From an uncultured Alphaproteobacteria bacterium (GTDB lineage Bacteria > Pseudomonadota > Alphaproteobacteria > ATCC43930 > CGMCC-115725), in NCBI GenBank assembly GCA_963774345.1, contig CAVZFB010000035.1, positions 33,915-57,914 on the forward strand: 24,000 nucleotides of DNA, read 5' to 3'. This document shows, piece by piece, positions 7,488-15,553 of the stretch; position 1 is the stretch's first letter, and the number at the start of each line of letters is the position of its first letter. The notes beneath the pieces are model-generated. The model did no database searches. It was not told the origin of the DNA and was given only the letters and a program-made list of their open reading frames with translations. A program made the translations under genes and the position numbers.

Positions 7488-8308
7488 CGCACGGGATCGC
7501 CGAAATCGGCTTTGCCCGCCGCGACGGGGTCACCCGCCTCGCCCATCTTTATCAGGCCGACCCGCTGCGCGTGCTGTTCCCGACTCCGGAAGCGGATGAT
7601 CCGATCCAGGCAGCGCTCGTCACAACTTCGGGCGGGCTGGTCGCCGGCGACAGAATCGACATCGCCGTTTGCGTCGATCCCCGGGCGAGCGCCCATGTCA
7701 CGGCCTCGGCGGCGGAGAAGATCTATCGCTCGACCGGCGTGACGACGGTGGTGCGGCAAGCGCTGACGGTGGGCGACGGCGGCGCACTCGAATTCCTGCC
7801 GCCCGAGACGATCCTGTTCGACGGCGCGCGTCTCGAGCGGGAGAGTGTGATCGAGCTTGCGCCCGATGCTGCGTTCCTTGGCGGCGACATCGTGGTTTTT
7901 GGCCGCCGCGCCCGCGGTGAACGCTTCACCCACGGATTTCTGCGCGATGTCTGGGAGGTTCGGTGCGAAGGCTGCCTCGTTTGGGGCGATGCGCTCCATC
8001 TCGACGGCGATATCGCCGCGATCGTTGCCGATCCCGCCTGCTTCGACGGCGCTGCGGGTTTCGCCACCCTGATGCTGGCGCCCGCTGGTCGCGATCCGCA
8101 GAAATTTGTCGATGGCGCGCGCGCGGTCCAGGCAGCCGCGCCAGAGGGGGTCAGGGCTGGCGTTACCGCGATCGCCGGTCTTGTCCTCGCCCGCTGGCTG
8201 GCCACCGACGCGGCCCTGCTGCGACGCGCCTATGCCGATCTCGCTTGCCATTTGCGTTGCGAGGCGATGGGATTGCCCGGCCGCCTGCCGCGGATTTGGC
8301 ACGTATGA
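7484..8308 (+). CDS. ureD: Urease accessory protein UreD
   Basis: [30 protein letters not shown]...[15 protein letters not shown]...AAEKIYRS is UreD-like. The start is ambiguous. TTG 7484 overlaps the ggt stop (aTTGA) and gives about 274 aa. TTG 7400 lies 13 nt downstream of an AGGAGG and would overlap ggt by 88 nt. Confidence 0.88.
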   Translation: MTHGIAEIGFARRDGVTRLAHLYQADPLRVLFPTPEADDPIQAALVTTSGGLVAGDRIDIAVCVDPRASAHVTASAAEKIYRSTGVTTVVRQALTVGDGGALEFLPPETILFDGARLERESVIELAPDAAFLGGDIVVFGRRARGERFTHGFLRDVWEVRCEGCLVWGDALHLDGDIAAIVADPACFDGAAGFATLMLAPAGRDPQKFVDGARAVQAAAPEGVRAGVTAIAGLVLARWLATDAALLRRAYADLACHLRCEAMGLPGRLPRIWHV

Positions 8309-8327
8309 TGCTGGGTTATCAGATGCG

Positions 8328-8630
8328 ATGAACCTGACCCCGCACGAAAAGGACAAGCTGCTGATATCGGTCGCGGCGATGGTTGCCGAGCGCCGGCTGA
8401 GGCGCGGCGTCAAGCTCAACTACCCTGAGGCAATAGCACTGATCACCGATTACGTGCTCGAAGGCGCGCGTGATGGCAGGAGCGTCGCCGAGCTGATGCG
8501 CGACGGCGCGACCGTGATCGGCCGCGAGCAGGTCATGGAGGGGGTAGCGGAGATGATCGGGGAAATTCAGGTCGAGGCGACCTTTCCCGACGGCACTAAG
8601 CTCGTCACCGTCCACGAGCCGATCCGGTGA
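8328..8630 (+). CDS. ureA: Urease subunit gamma
   Basis: [39 protein letters not shown]...[12 protein letters not shown] is 100 aa with a canonical UreA sequence. Confidence 0.97.
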   Translation: MNLTPHEKDKLLISVAAMVAERRLRRGVKLNYPEAIALITDYVLEGARDGRSVAELMRDGATVIGREQVMEGVAEMIGEIQVEATFPDGTKLVTVHEPIR

Positions 8631-8656
8631 GTTGGATATTGATCCAAGCGTTTTTT

Positions 8657-8742
8657 GTCGTCACCCCCGCGAAAGCGGGGGCCCAGGGATACCGCCGAGA
8701 CACCCGCCCTCCCTGGGTTCCCGCTTTCGCGGGAACGACGAG
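8657..8742. repeat. REP/MITE-like intergenic palindromic element with two nested hairpins
   Basis: The left arm 8659-8688 (cgtcacccccgcgaaagcgggggcccaggg) is an imperfect inverted copy of the right arm 8711-8740 (ccctgggttcccgctttcgcgggaacgacg). Each arm holds its own perfect 7-bp stem: cccccgc-GAAA-gcggggg at 8664-8681 and ttcccgc-tttc-gcgggaa at 8718-8735. Its translation ([10 protein letters not shown]...SRFRGNDE) is the signature of a repeat family that is often mis-translated in alpha- and beta-proteobacterial genomes. Confidence 0.65.
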
Positions 8743-8748
8743 GCCGCG

Positions 8749-9057
8749 ATGATCCCGGGCGAGTTGTTCCCCGGGCCGGACGACGTCGAAATCAATGCCG
8801 GACGGTCGACCGTGACCTTGACCGTCGCCAACACCGGCGACCGGCCGATCCAGGTGGGCTCGCATTATCATTTCTACGAGACGAACTCCGCCCTCGCCTT
8901 CGACCGCGAGCTGGCGCGCGGCTATCGACTCGACATGCCGGCGGGGACCGCGACGCGCTTCGAGCCGGGGCAGAGCCGCGAGGTCAGGCTGGTCGCCTAT
9001 GCCGGAGCGCGCCGCGTTGTCGGCTTCAACGGCAAGATTAACGGCTCGCTGGACTAG
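8749..9057 (+). CDS. ureB: Urease subunit beta
   Basis: [46 protein letters not shown]...[15 protein letters not shown] is 102 aa and canonical UreB. The longer track ORF (from 8632) merely translates the upstream repeat. Confidence 0.96.
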   Translation: MIPGELFPGPDDVEINAGRSTVTLTVANTGDRPIQVGSHYHFYETNSALAFDRELARGYRLDMPAGTATRFEPGQSREVRLVAYAGARRVVGFNGKINGSLD

Positions 9058-9061
9058 AGCG

Positions 9062-10771
9062 ATGGCGATGACCATTTCGCGCGCCGCGTATGCCGGGATG
9101 TTCGGCCCCACCACCAGCGATCGGCTGCGGCTGGCCGACACCGAGCTCGTCATCGAGATCGAGAGCGACCACACAATCTATGGCGAAGAAGTCAAGTTCG
9201 GCGGCGGCAAGGTCATCCGCGACGGCATGGGGCAGAGCCAGCGGAGCCGCGCCGACGGAGCGGTCGACACTGTTATCACCAACGCCGTGATCCTCGACCA
9301 TTGGGGCATCGTCAAGGCCGATATCGGCATCAAGGACGGCCGCATCAGTGGCATCGGTAAGGCTGGCAATCCGGATATCCAGCCGGGTGTCGACATCGTG
9401 ATCGGGCCGGGGACGGAGGCGATCGCCGGCGAGGGCCGCATCGTCACCGCCGGCGGGATCGACTCGCATGTCCATTGGATCTGCCCACAGCTTGCCGAAG
9501 AGGCGCTTTACAGCGGCATCACGACAATGCTCGGCGGCGGCACCGGGCCGGCCGCCGGGACCGCGGCAACGACCTGCACGCCGGGGCCCTGGCATCTCGC
9601 GCGGATATTGCAGGCGGCGGAGGGGATCCCGGTCAATCTCGGCTTCTTCGGAAAAGGCAACGCCTCGGAGCCGCGGGCATTGGTCGAGATGGTCGAGGGC
9701 GGCGCCTGCGGGCTCAAGCTGCACGAAGATTGGGGCACCACGCCGGCGGCGATCGACACCTGCCTCGGGGTCGCCGAGCAGCTCGATATCGCGGTCGCGA
9801 TCCACACCGACACGCTCAACGAATCCGGTTTCGTCGAGGATACGATCGCCGCCTTCAAAGGCCGCAACATCCACGCCTTTCACACCGAAGGCGCCGGCGG
9901 CGGCCATGCCCCCGACATCATCAAACTATGCGGGCTGGCGAACGTCCTGCCGTCTTCGACCAATCCGACCCGCCCCTACACGATCAACACCGTCGCCGAG
10001 CATCTCGACATGCTGATGGTGTGCCACCACCTCGATCCGCGCATTCCCGAGGACGTGGCCTTCGCCGAGAGCCGCATTCGCCGCGAGACGATCGCCGCCG
10101 AGGACATTCTGCACGACCTCGGCGCCTTCAGCATGATGTCGTCGGACAGCCAAGCCATGGGCCGGGTCGGGGAGGTCATCATCCGCACCTGGCAAACCGC
10201 CGACAAGATGAAGCGTCAGCGCGGCCCCCTTCCTGAAGACAGCGAGCGTGCCGACAATTTCCGGGTCAAACGTTATGTCGCGAAGTACACGATCAACCCG
10301 GCCTTGACCCATGGGCTGGCCGAGCAGGTCGGCTCGGTCGAAGTGGGCAAGCTCGCCGATCTCGTCCTATGGTCGTCGGCCTTTTTCGGCGTCAAGCCGG
10401 ATCTGGTGCTGAAGGCGGGGATGATCGCCGCGGCCTTGATGGGCGATCCTAACGCCTCGATTCCGACCCCACAGCCGGTCCATTATCGGCCGATGTTCGG
10501 CGCTTTCGGCCGCGCGCTGTCCGTCTCGACCGTCACATTTCTGCCGGTTGTGGCGATTGAGCGCGAGCTGCCGGCCCAACTCGGGCTGCAGCGGATGGTG
10601 CTGCCGGCGCGCGGCATTCGCGCCATCGACAAGAAATGCATGGTCCACAACGCCGCATTGCCACATATCGAGGTCGACCCGGAGACCTACGAAGTACGGG
10701 CCGATGGCGTGCACCTGACTTGCGAGCCGGCCACGGTATTGCCGCTGGCTCAGCGTTATTTCCTCTATTGA
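9062..10771 (+). CDS. ureC: Urease subunit alpha
   Basis: [29 protein letters not shown]..., [46 protein letters not shown] and MLMVCHHL are canonical nickel-site and flap motifs. 569 aa. Confidence 0.98.
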   Translation: MAMTISRAAYAGMFGPTTSDRLRLADTELVIEIESDHTIYGEEVKFGGGKVIRDGMGQSQRSRADGAVDTVITNAVILDHWGIVKADIGIKDGRISGIGKAGNPDIQPGVDIVIGPGTEAIAGEGRIVTAGGIDSHVHWICPQLAEEALYSGITTMLGGGTGPAAGTAATTCTPGPWHLARILQAAEGIPVNLGFFGKGNASEPRALVEMVEGGACGLKLHEDWGTTPAAIDTCLGVAEQLDIAVAIHTDTLNESGFVEDTIAAFKGRNIHAFHTEGAGGGHAPDIIKLCGLANVLPSSTNPTRPYTINTVAEHLDMLMVCHHLDPRIPEDVAFAESRIRRETIAAEDILHDLGAFSMMSSDSQAMGRVGEVIIRTWQTADKMKRQRGPLPEDSERADNFRVKRYVAKYTINPALTHGLAEQVGSVEVGKLADLVLWSSAFFGVKPDLVLKAGMIAAALMGDPNASIPTPQPVHYRPMFGAFGRALSVSTVTFLPVVAIERELPAQLGLQRMVLPARGIRAIDKKCMVHNAALPHIEVDPETYEVRADGVHLTCEPATVLPLAQRYFLY

Positions 10772-10798
10772 TTACGGCCCGGCGGCATTGGTTAGCAA

Positions 10799-11767
10799 GT
10801 GAAAATCGGCCGGCGGCATGTTCTCGTTTTGCTGAGCACAACGTTCGGCGCGGCGCTTTCCGCATACGCCGCATCTGCGAAAATCCCCAAGATTGGCGTA
10901 TTAATCGTGGCTAAACCCGACCAGGAACCAGCTTTGCGGGAGTTTCGGGCGGCCTTGCGCGATCTGGGATATGTCGAGGGACAGAATATTTTTATCGAAG
11001 TGCAATCTGCCGAGGGAAAGCTCAACCGGTTGCCGGAACTTGCGGCGCGACTGGTTCGCGACAAGGTCGACATTATTGCCGCTTGGATGACGCCGGCGGT
11101 GACGGCGGCGAAGGATGCGACAACCGAAATCCCGATCGTGATGCTGGGAGCAGGCGACCCGGTCGGCACCGGGCTTGTCGCCAGCCTCGCGCGGCCTGGC
11201 GGCAACGTTACCGGGATTGCCGGGGTGACCGCGGAGTTAGCTGGTAAGACCATTGAATTACTTAAGGAGACGCTCCCGTCGATGCGCCGAGCCGCAGCCC
11301 TTTGCAATGCGTCGGACCCATTCTCACAACCGTTTCTGAAGCAGATCCAGCTCGCCGGTCATACCCTCGGCATCGAGGTGACGCCGATTATGGTGATGAA
11401 AGATCATGATCTTGACTCGGTCTTCGCGGCTGCGCTCGAAAAGCGGGTCGACGGCGTGATCGTCCAGCCGAGCCTGCAGCTCAAGCATGCCGCCCAAATG
11501 GCGTTGCGCGATCATCTCCCGGCAGCCTCGCCGTCACCCACGTTTGCTGGCCTTGGCGGGCTATTGGGGTACGGCGGCTTATCGTCCGAGGGTTCATCGC
11601 GGGCGGCCTTATTCGTGGACAAGATTTTAAAGGGCCGCAGCCCCGCCGAACTGCCGGTTGAGCGGCCTACCCGATTTGATCTGGTGATCAATTTGAGAAC
11701 CGCCAAAGTACTTGGGATAACCGTGCCAGGAAGTCTGTTGGCGCGCGCCGACCAAGTAATCGAGTGA
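10799..11767 (+). CDS. Orphan ABC-transporter substrate-binding protein (ABC_sub_bind family) embedded in the urease operon
   Basis: GTG start. Signal peptide MKIGRRHVLVLLSTTFGAALSAYAASA, then KIPKIGVLIVAKPDQEPALREFRAALRDLGYVEGQNIFIE...PELAARLVRDKVDIIAAW...ARPGGNVTG..., characteristic of the ABC_sub_bind family. Only 27 nt separate it from the ureC stop and 9 nt from the ureE ATG. Confidence 0.88.
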   Translation: MKIGRRHVLVLLSTTFGAALSAYAASAKIPKIGVLIVAKPDQEPALREFRAALRDLGYVEGQNIFIEVQSAEGKLNRLPELAARLVRDKVDIIAAWMTPAVTAAKDATTEIPIVMLGAGDPVGTGLVASLARPGGNVTGIAGVTAELAGKTIELLKETLPSMRRAAALCNASDPFSQPFLKQIQLAGHTLGIEVTPIMVMKDHDLDSVFAAALEKRVDGVIVQPSLQLKHAAQMALRDHLPAASPSPTFAGLGGLLGYGGLSSEGSSRAALFVDKILKGRSPAELPVERPTRFDLVINLRTAKVLGITVPGSLLARADQVIE

Positions 11768-11776
11768 CGGTGAAAG

Positions 11777-12247
11777 ATGCGCCGGGCGATCGCTGTTCAC
11801 CGCTGCGGGCACTGGCCCGAGTCGGAAACGGCCGCCGCCGTGACGCTCGCCTATGTCGACCGGCATCGGCGGCGTATTCGCTTCGTCACCGATTCCGGCG
11901 TTACTTTTCTGCTCGACCTTGCGCGCGCTCAGCATCTTCACGATGGCGATGGGCTCGAGTTCGACAGCGGCGGCTATGTCCGCGTGTGCGCGGCGCCGGA
12001 GCCGGTATTGGAGATCGAGACGCCTGATCGCGCCAGTCTGTTGCGGATCGCCTGGCATCTCGGCAACCGCCATTTGCCATTGCAGGTCGCCGGTGAGCGT
12101 CTGCGTATCCGCGCCGACCACGTCATCGCCGAGATGGTCGCCGGTCTCGGCGGAAAACTAACCCCGCTCGACACTCCATTCGACCCGGAAATCGGCGCCT
12201 ATGCCGGCCCCCAGCATCACCGGCACGATGACCACCATCACGACTGA
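11777..12247 (+). CDS. ureE: Urease accessory (nickel metallochaperone) protein UreE
   Basis: LLRIAWHLGNRHLPLQV... and the His-rich tail GPQHHRHDDHHHD. 156 aa. Confidence 0.93.
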   Translation: MRRAIAVHRCGHWPESETAAAVTLAYVDRHRRRIRFVTDSGVTFLLDLARAQHLHDGDGLEFDSGGYVRVCAAPEPVLEIETPDRASLLRIAWHLGNRHLPLQVAGERLRIRADHVIAEMVAGLGGKLTPLDTPFDPEIGAYAGPQHHRHDDHHHD

Positions 12248-12933
12248 CGCCGTCCTCGCCGATGCCGGGCTCTACCGTATGCTCGCCTGGCTGTCGCCGG
12301 GCTTTCCGATCGGCGCCTTCAGTTATTCGCACGGCCTCGAAGCTGCTGCCGAAGCCGGTCAGGTGCGCGATCGCGCGTCCTTGCAGGGCTGGATCGCCGC
12401 GGTCGTCGCGCTGGGCGCCGGGCGAGTTGATGCCGACATCCTACGGGACGCGCATCGCGCAGCCGCGGCGAACGACATCGAGTTCGCTGGCCGCCGCCAA
12501 CCGCCACGGCTTGGCCTATCGTGCCACAGCCGAGCTGGCGCTCGAAACCGGCGCCCAGGGCGAGGCGTTTCTGGCAACGTGCCGCGCCGCCTGGCCCGAA
12601 CCGTTCTGCACCTTGTGGGCGACGAGCCTCGACGCGGTGTGTCATCCCGCGGCCGTTGGCGCGGCAATGGCGCGCGCCGGAATCCCCATCGCCAGCGCGC
12701 TAACAGGATATTTGCAGGCACTAGCCGCCAATCTTGTTTCGGCCGGACTGCGGCTGGGGATCATCGGTCAGACTGATGGTCAGCGGATCCTGGCCGCATT
12801 GGAGCCGGCCGTCGTCGAGGCGGCCGCGGCGGCGATCGCGCGGGACCGGGCCGAGTTTGGCGCGGCGACCTTCGCCGTCGACCTGGCCTCAATGGCGCAC
12901 GAAACCCAATATACGAGGCTGTTCCGCTCATGA
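12228..12933 (+). pseudogene. ureF: Urease accessory protein UreF gene with an apparent single-nucleotide frame disruption near 12483-12485
   Basis: The N-terminal third is in frame 3 (MTTITTDAVLADAGLYRMLAWLSPGFPIGAFSYSHGLEAAAEAG...AANDIE). The remainder is in frame 1 (SLAAANRHGLAYRATAELALETGAQGEAFL...[29 protein letters not shown]...[20 protein letters not shown]). Dropping one t in gagttcg restores about 234 aa of contiguous UreF-like sequence. Start is ATG 12228 (or ATG 12201), overlapping the ureE end. The stop overlaps the ureG ATG (ATGA). Confidence 0.8.
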
Positions 12934-13553
12934 GCGAAGAGACGAGACGCGATCCGTTACGGATCGGGATCGGCGGGCCGGTCGGGTCGGGCAAGACCGC
13001 GCTGATGGATTGGCTGTGCAAGAGCATGCGCGGCCGCTGGGAGATCGCCGCGATCACCAACGACATCTACACCCGCGAGGATGCCGAGTTTCTTACCAAG
13101 AGCGGCGCATTGCCGCCTGAGCGGATCCGCGGCGTCGAGACCGGCGGGTGCCCGCATACGGCGATCCGCGAGGACGCCTCGATCAACCTCGCCGCGGTTG
13201 CCGAAATGAGCCGGTTGTTTCCCCGTCTCGACCTGATTTTGATCGAGTCGGGCGGCGATAATCTGGCGGCGACTTTTTCACCCGAGCTAGCCGATCTGAC
13301 GATCTACGTCATCGACGTCGCTGCCGGCGACAAGATCCCGCGCAAAGGCGGTCCCGGCATCACCCGTTCAGACCTCCTCGTCATCAACAAGATCGACCTC
13401 GCCCCGTTGGTCGGCGCCAGCCTCGACATCATGGACCGCGACGCCAGGCGCATGCGTGGCGAGCGGCCCTTCGTCTTCACGAACCTCAAATGCGGCGACG
13501 GGGTAGACACGATCGTCGATTTCATCGCCACGCAAGGCGGGCTTGGCGTCTAA
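12930..13553 (+). CDS. ureG: Urease accessory GTPase UreG
   Basis: [17 protein letters not shown] (P-loop), [20 protein letters not shown] and INKIDLAP are canonical UreG motifs. 207 aa. Confidence 0.97.
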   Translation: MSEETRRDPLRIGIGGPVGSGKTALMDWLCKSMRGRWEIAAITNDIYTREDAEFLTKSGALPPERIRGVETGGCPHTAIREDASINLAAVAEMSRLFPRLDLILIESGGDNLAATFSPELADLTIYVIDVAAGDKIPRKGGPGITRSDLLVINKIDLAPLVGASLDIMDRDARRMRGERPFVFTNLKCGDGVDTIVDFIATQGGLGV

Positions 13554-13569
13554 CCGCGCGGATCAGCTG

Positions 13570-14784
13570 ATGCCAACTCTTTCCTGCCTCGCTGCGCACG
13601 GAGCCGGCCCGCAGGGCGGGGTGGATTGGGGCAGCGCCGCCGCGCCGCTCGCGATCTACATCCATTGGCCGTTCTGCCGGTCGAAATGCCCTTATTGCGA
13701 CTTCAACAGCCATGTCCGCGACGGTATCGACGCAGCTCGTTGGACGCGGGCCTTGCTGGCCGATCTCGATTATCAGGCGGCACTGTTGCCTAGGTGCACG
13801 GTCGGCTCGGTCTTTTTCGGCGGCGGTACGCCTTCGCTTATGCCGCCCGAAACGGTCGCCTCATTGCTCGAAAGGGTAAAGCGGCATTGGACGGCCACGG
13901 CCGATGTCGAAATCACCCTCGAAGCCAACCCGAATTCCGCCGAGGCCGCGCGTTTCCGCGCCTTCGCCGAGGCCGGCGTCAACCGGCTTTCGCTCGGCGT
14001 CCAGGCGCTCGACCCGGCGGCGTTGCGCTTTCTCGGCCGGGCACATGACCGCGCCGAGGCGATCGCCGCGATCGAGCATGCCCGCGACAATTTCGCCCGG
14101 TTCTCGTTCGATCTGATCTATGCCCGCCCCGGCCAGAGCATCGCCGCTTGGCGGCGCGAACTCGACGAAGCGCTGGGCCTCGCCGGCGACCATCTCTCGC
14201 TCTATCAGCTGACGGTCGAACCCGGCACCGCCTTTGCCACCTTGGCGCGACGCGGCGATCTCGTACCGCCTGACGAGGACTCCGCCGCCGCGCTGTTCGA
14301 GACGACCCAGGACCGCCTCGCCGCCGCAGGCCTCCCGGCCTACGAGATCTCGAACCACGCCCGTCCCGGCGCCGAGTGCCGCCACAATCTCGTCTATTGG
14401 CGTTATCAGGACTATGCCGGCGTCGGCCCCGGCGCGCATGGCCGGCTGACCCGCGCCGGCATCAAATACGCCACCCGCCAGCGCCGCGCGCCCGAAGCCT
14501 GGCTCGCCGCGGTCGAAGCCACCGGCACCGGCCTCGAAGAGACCGCCGCGATCGGCCGCGACACAGCGATCGAGGAAATGCTGATGATGGGGCTCCGGCT
14601 GACCGAGGGGGTCGCGCGCCCGCGGCTCGAGCAAGCCGCCGGCCAGATCATCGAGGCGCTGTTCGCCGATACTCTCCCGCCGCTGATCGAAGGCGGCTTC
14701 CTGACCCTCGACCGCGACCGCCTCGCTGCCACCCCTGCCGGCCGCCAGCGCCTCAACGCCGTGCTCGCCGCCCTCCTCGGTTGA
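13570..14784 (+). CDS. hemW: Radical-SAM family heme chaperone HemW (HemN-like, coproporphyrinogen-III-oxidase-related)
   Basis: IYIHWPFCRSKCPYCDF (CxxxCxxC radical-SAM cluster motif), FFGGGTPS, EANP...NRLSLGVQ and HLSLYQLTVEPGT. I prefer ATG 13570 (16 nt after the ureG stop). The track start TTG 13543 would overlap ureG. Confidence 0.9.
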   Translation: MPTLSCLAAHGAGPQGGVDWGSAAAPLAIYIHWPFCRSKCPYCDFNSHVRDGIDAARWTRALLADLDYQAALLPRCTVGSVFFGGGTPSLMPPETVASLLERVKRHWTATADVEITLEANPNSAEAARFRAFAEAGVNRLSLGVQALDPAALRFLGRAHDRAEAIAAIEHARDNFARFSFDLIYARPGQSIAAWRRELDEALGLAGDHLSLYQLTVEPGTAFATLARRGDLVPPDEDSAAALFETTQDRLAAAGLPAYEISNHARPGAECRHNLVYWRYQDYAGVGPGAHGRLTRAGIKYATRQRRAPEAWLAAVEATGTGLEETAAIGRDTAIEEMLMMGLRLTEGVARPRLEQAAGQIIEALFADTLPPLIEGGFLTLDRDRLAATPAGRQRLNAVLAALLG

Positions 14785-14840
14785 GCGGGCGGCTCCAAGA
14801 CTGTAGCTAAATCTAAGCTCCGGCCGTCGGCGCCGAATGC

Positions 14841-14863
14841 GGTAACCGGATATCGGGTTTACC
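14841..14863. promoter_or_regulatory. Imperfect 23-bp palindrome upstream of the pilus operon (candidate operator)
   Basis: ggtaaccg-GATATC-gggtttacc: the arms are complementary apart from a one-base bulge, centred on GATATC. It lies about 160-180 bp upstream of the pilin ATG. No protein partner can be inferred. Confidence 0.2.
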
Positions 14864-14952
14864 AAATAGGCGCGGGCCCGAGGGTGGCCTTCGAGCCCAA
14901 GGGCATCGGCAATTCTCGGGCCGGACCGAAGGTCCGTCATCACTTGAAATCG

Positions 14953-14975
14953 TTGACAGTAAATTGACGGTTGAT
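14953..14975 (+). promoter_or_regulatory. Phased TTGAC/TTGAT direct repeats (candidate -35 element(s) or response-regulator half-sites) upstream of the pilus operon
   Basis: TTGACagtaaaTTGACggTTGAT has repeats starting at 14953, 14964 and 14971 (11-nt then 7-nt spacing). It lies 45-67 bp upstream of the pilin ATG at 15020, inside the AT-richest stretch of the window. I could not find a convincing -10 hexamer. Confidence 0.3.
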
Positions 14976-15019
14976 CGCTTAAGGATGATTGCTGCCCATT
15001 ACGATAGGTTCAGGTTCAC

Positions 15020-15529
15020 ATGCTCCATATACGACGTAGAGGTTTTGATTTTGTCGTTTTCATTCTGCTGTCAGTATTGTCGGCAATCGTGCCAACCAGC
15101 TCGACTTTCGCGGCGACAGCCACGACGACATTCCAGGTCACCGCGACGGTTCAAGCTACCTGCTTGATCTCAGCCACAAATCTGGCCTTTGGCACCTACA
15201 CCGGCGTCCAGATTGCCGCGACCTCCACGATCTCGATAACCTGCACCAATACCTCACCCTACAATGTCGGGCTCAACCCCGGGACCGCGCCCGGGGCGAC
15301 GGTGACCACGCGCAAGATGACTGGTCCCGGCGGCGCCCTGCTGGCTTACGCGCTCTACCAGGACGCCGGCCACACGATAAACTGGGGCCAGACCGTCGGC
15401 ACCGATACCGAGGCCGGCACCGGCAATGGCAGCGCTCAGGTGTTGACCGTCAATGGTTTGTTGACGGCTGGCCAATTTGTTACGCCGGGCTCGTACGTCG
15501 ACACGATCACCGCGACCGTCACCTATTAA
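15020..15529 (+). CDS. SCPU-domain (spore coat protein U / Csu-type) fimbrial subunit
   Basis: Signal peptide (FVVFILLSVLSAIVPTSSTFA), a Thr/Ala/Gly-rich beta-type sequence, a Cys pair (ATC...ITC) and the C-terminus GSYVDTITATVTY, shared with the fourth gene of the operon. Confidence 0.85.
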   Translation: MLHIRRRGFDFVVFILLSVLSAIVPTSSTFAATATTTFQVTATVQATCLISATNLAFGTYTGVQIAATSTISITCTNTSPYNVGLNPGTAPGATVTTRKMTGPGGALLAYALYQDAGHTINWGQTVGTDTEAGTGNGSAQVLTVNGLLTAGQFVTPGSYVDTITATVTY

Positions 15530-15553
15530 TCCTGCGCCGGCGGCCGGGCCCGG

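Noticed and set aside
8632-8748. N-terminal extension of ureB ([39 protein letters not shown]...).
   Set aside because: This is simply the translation of the palindromic repeat element. Canonical UreB begins at MIPGELF (ATG 8749).
13861-14943. 360-aa ORF on the minus strand, antisense to hemW. Similar long antisense ORFs occur at 7481-8419 (vs ureD), 9038-9907 (vs ureC), 19222-20208 (vs GMC) and 22362-23246 (vs MFS).
   Set aside because: In each case the opposite strand carries an unmistakable conserved protein with canonical motifs. The antisense translations are Arg/Ala/Gly/Pro-rich with no recognisable motifs. This is typical stop-codon-poor shadow-ORF behaviour in high-GC DNA.
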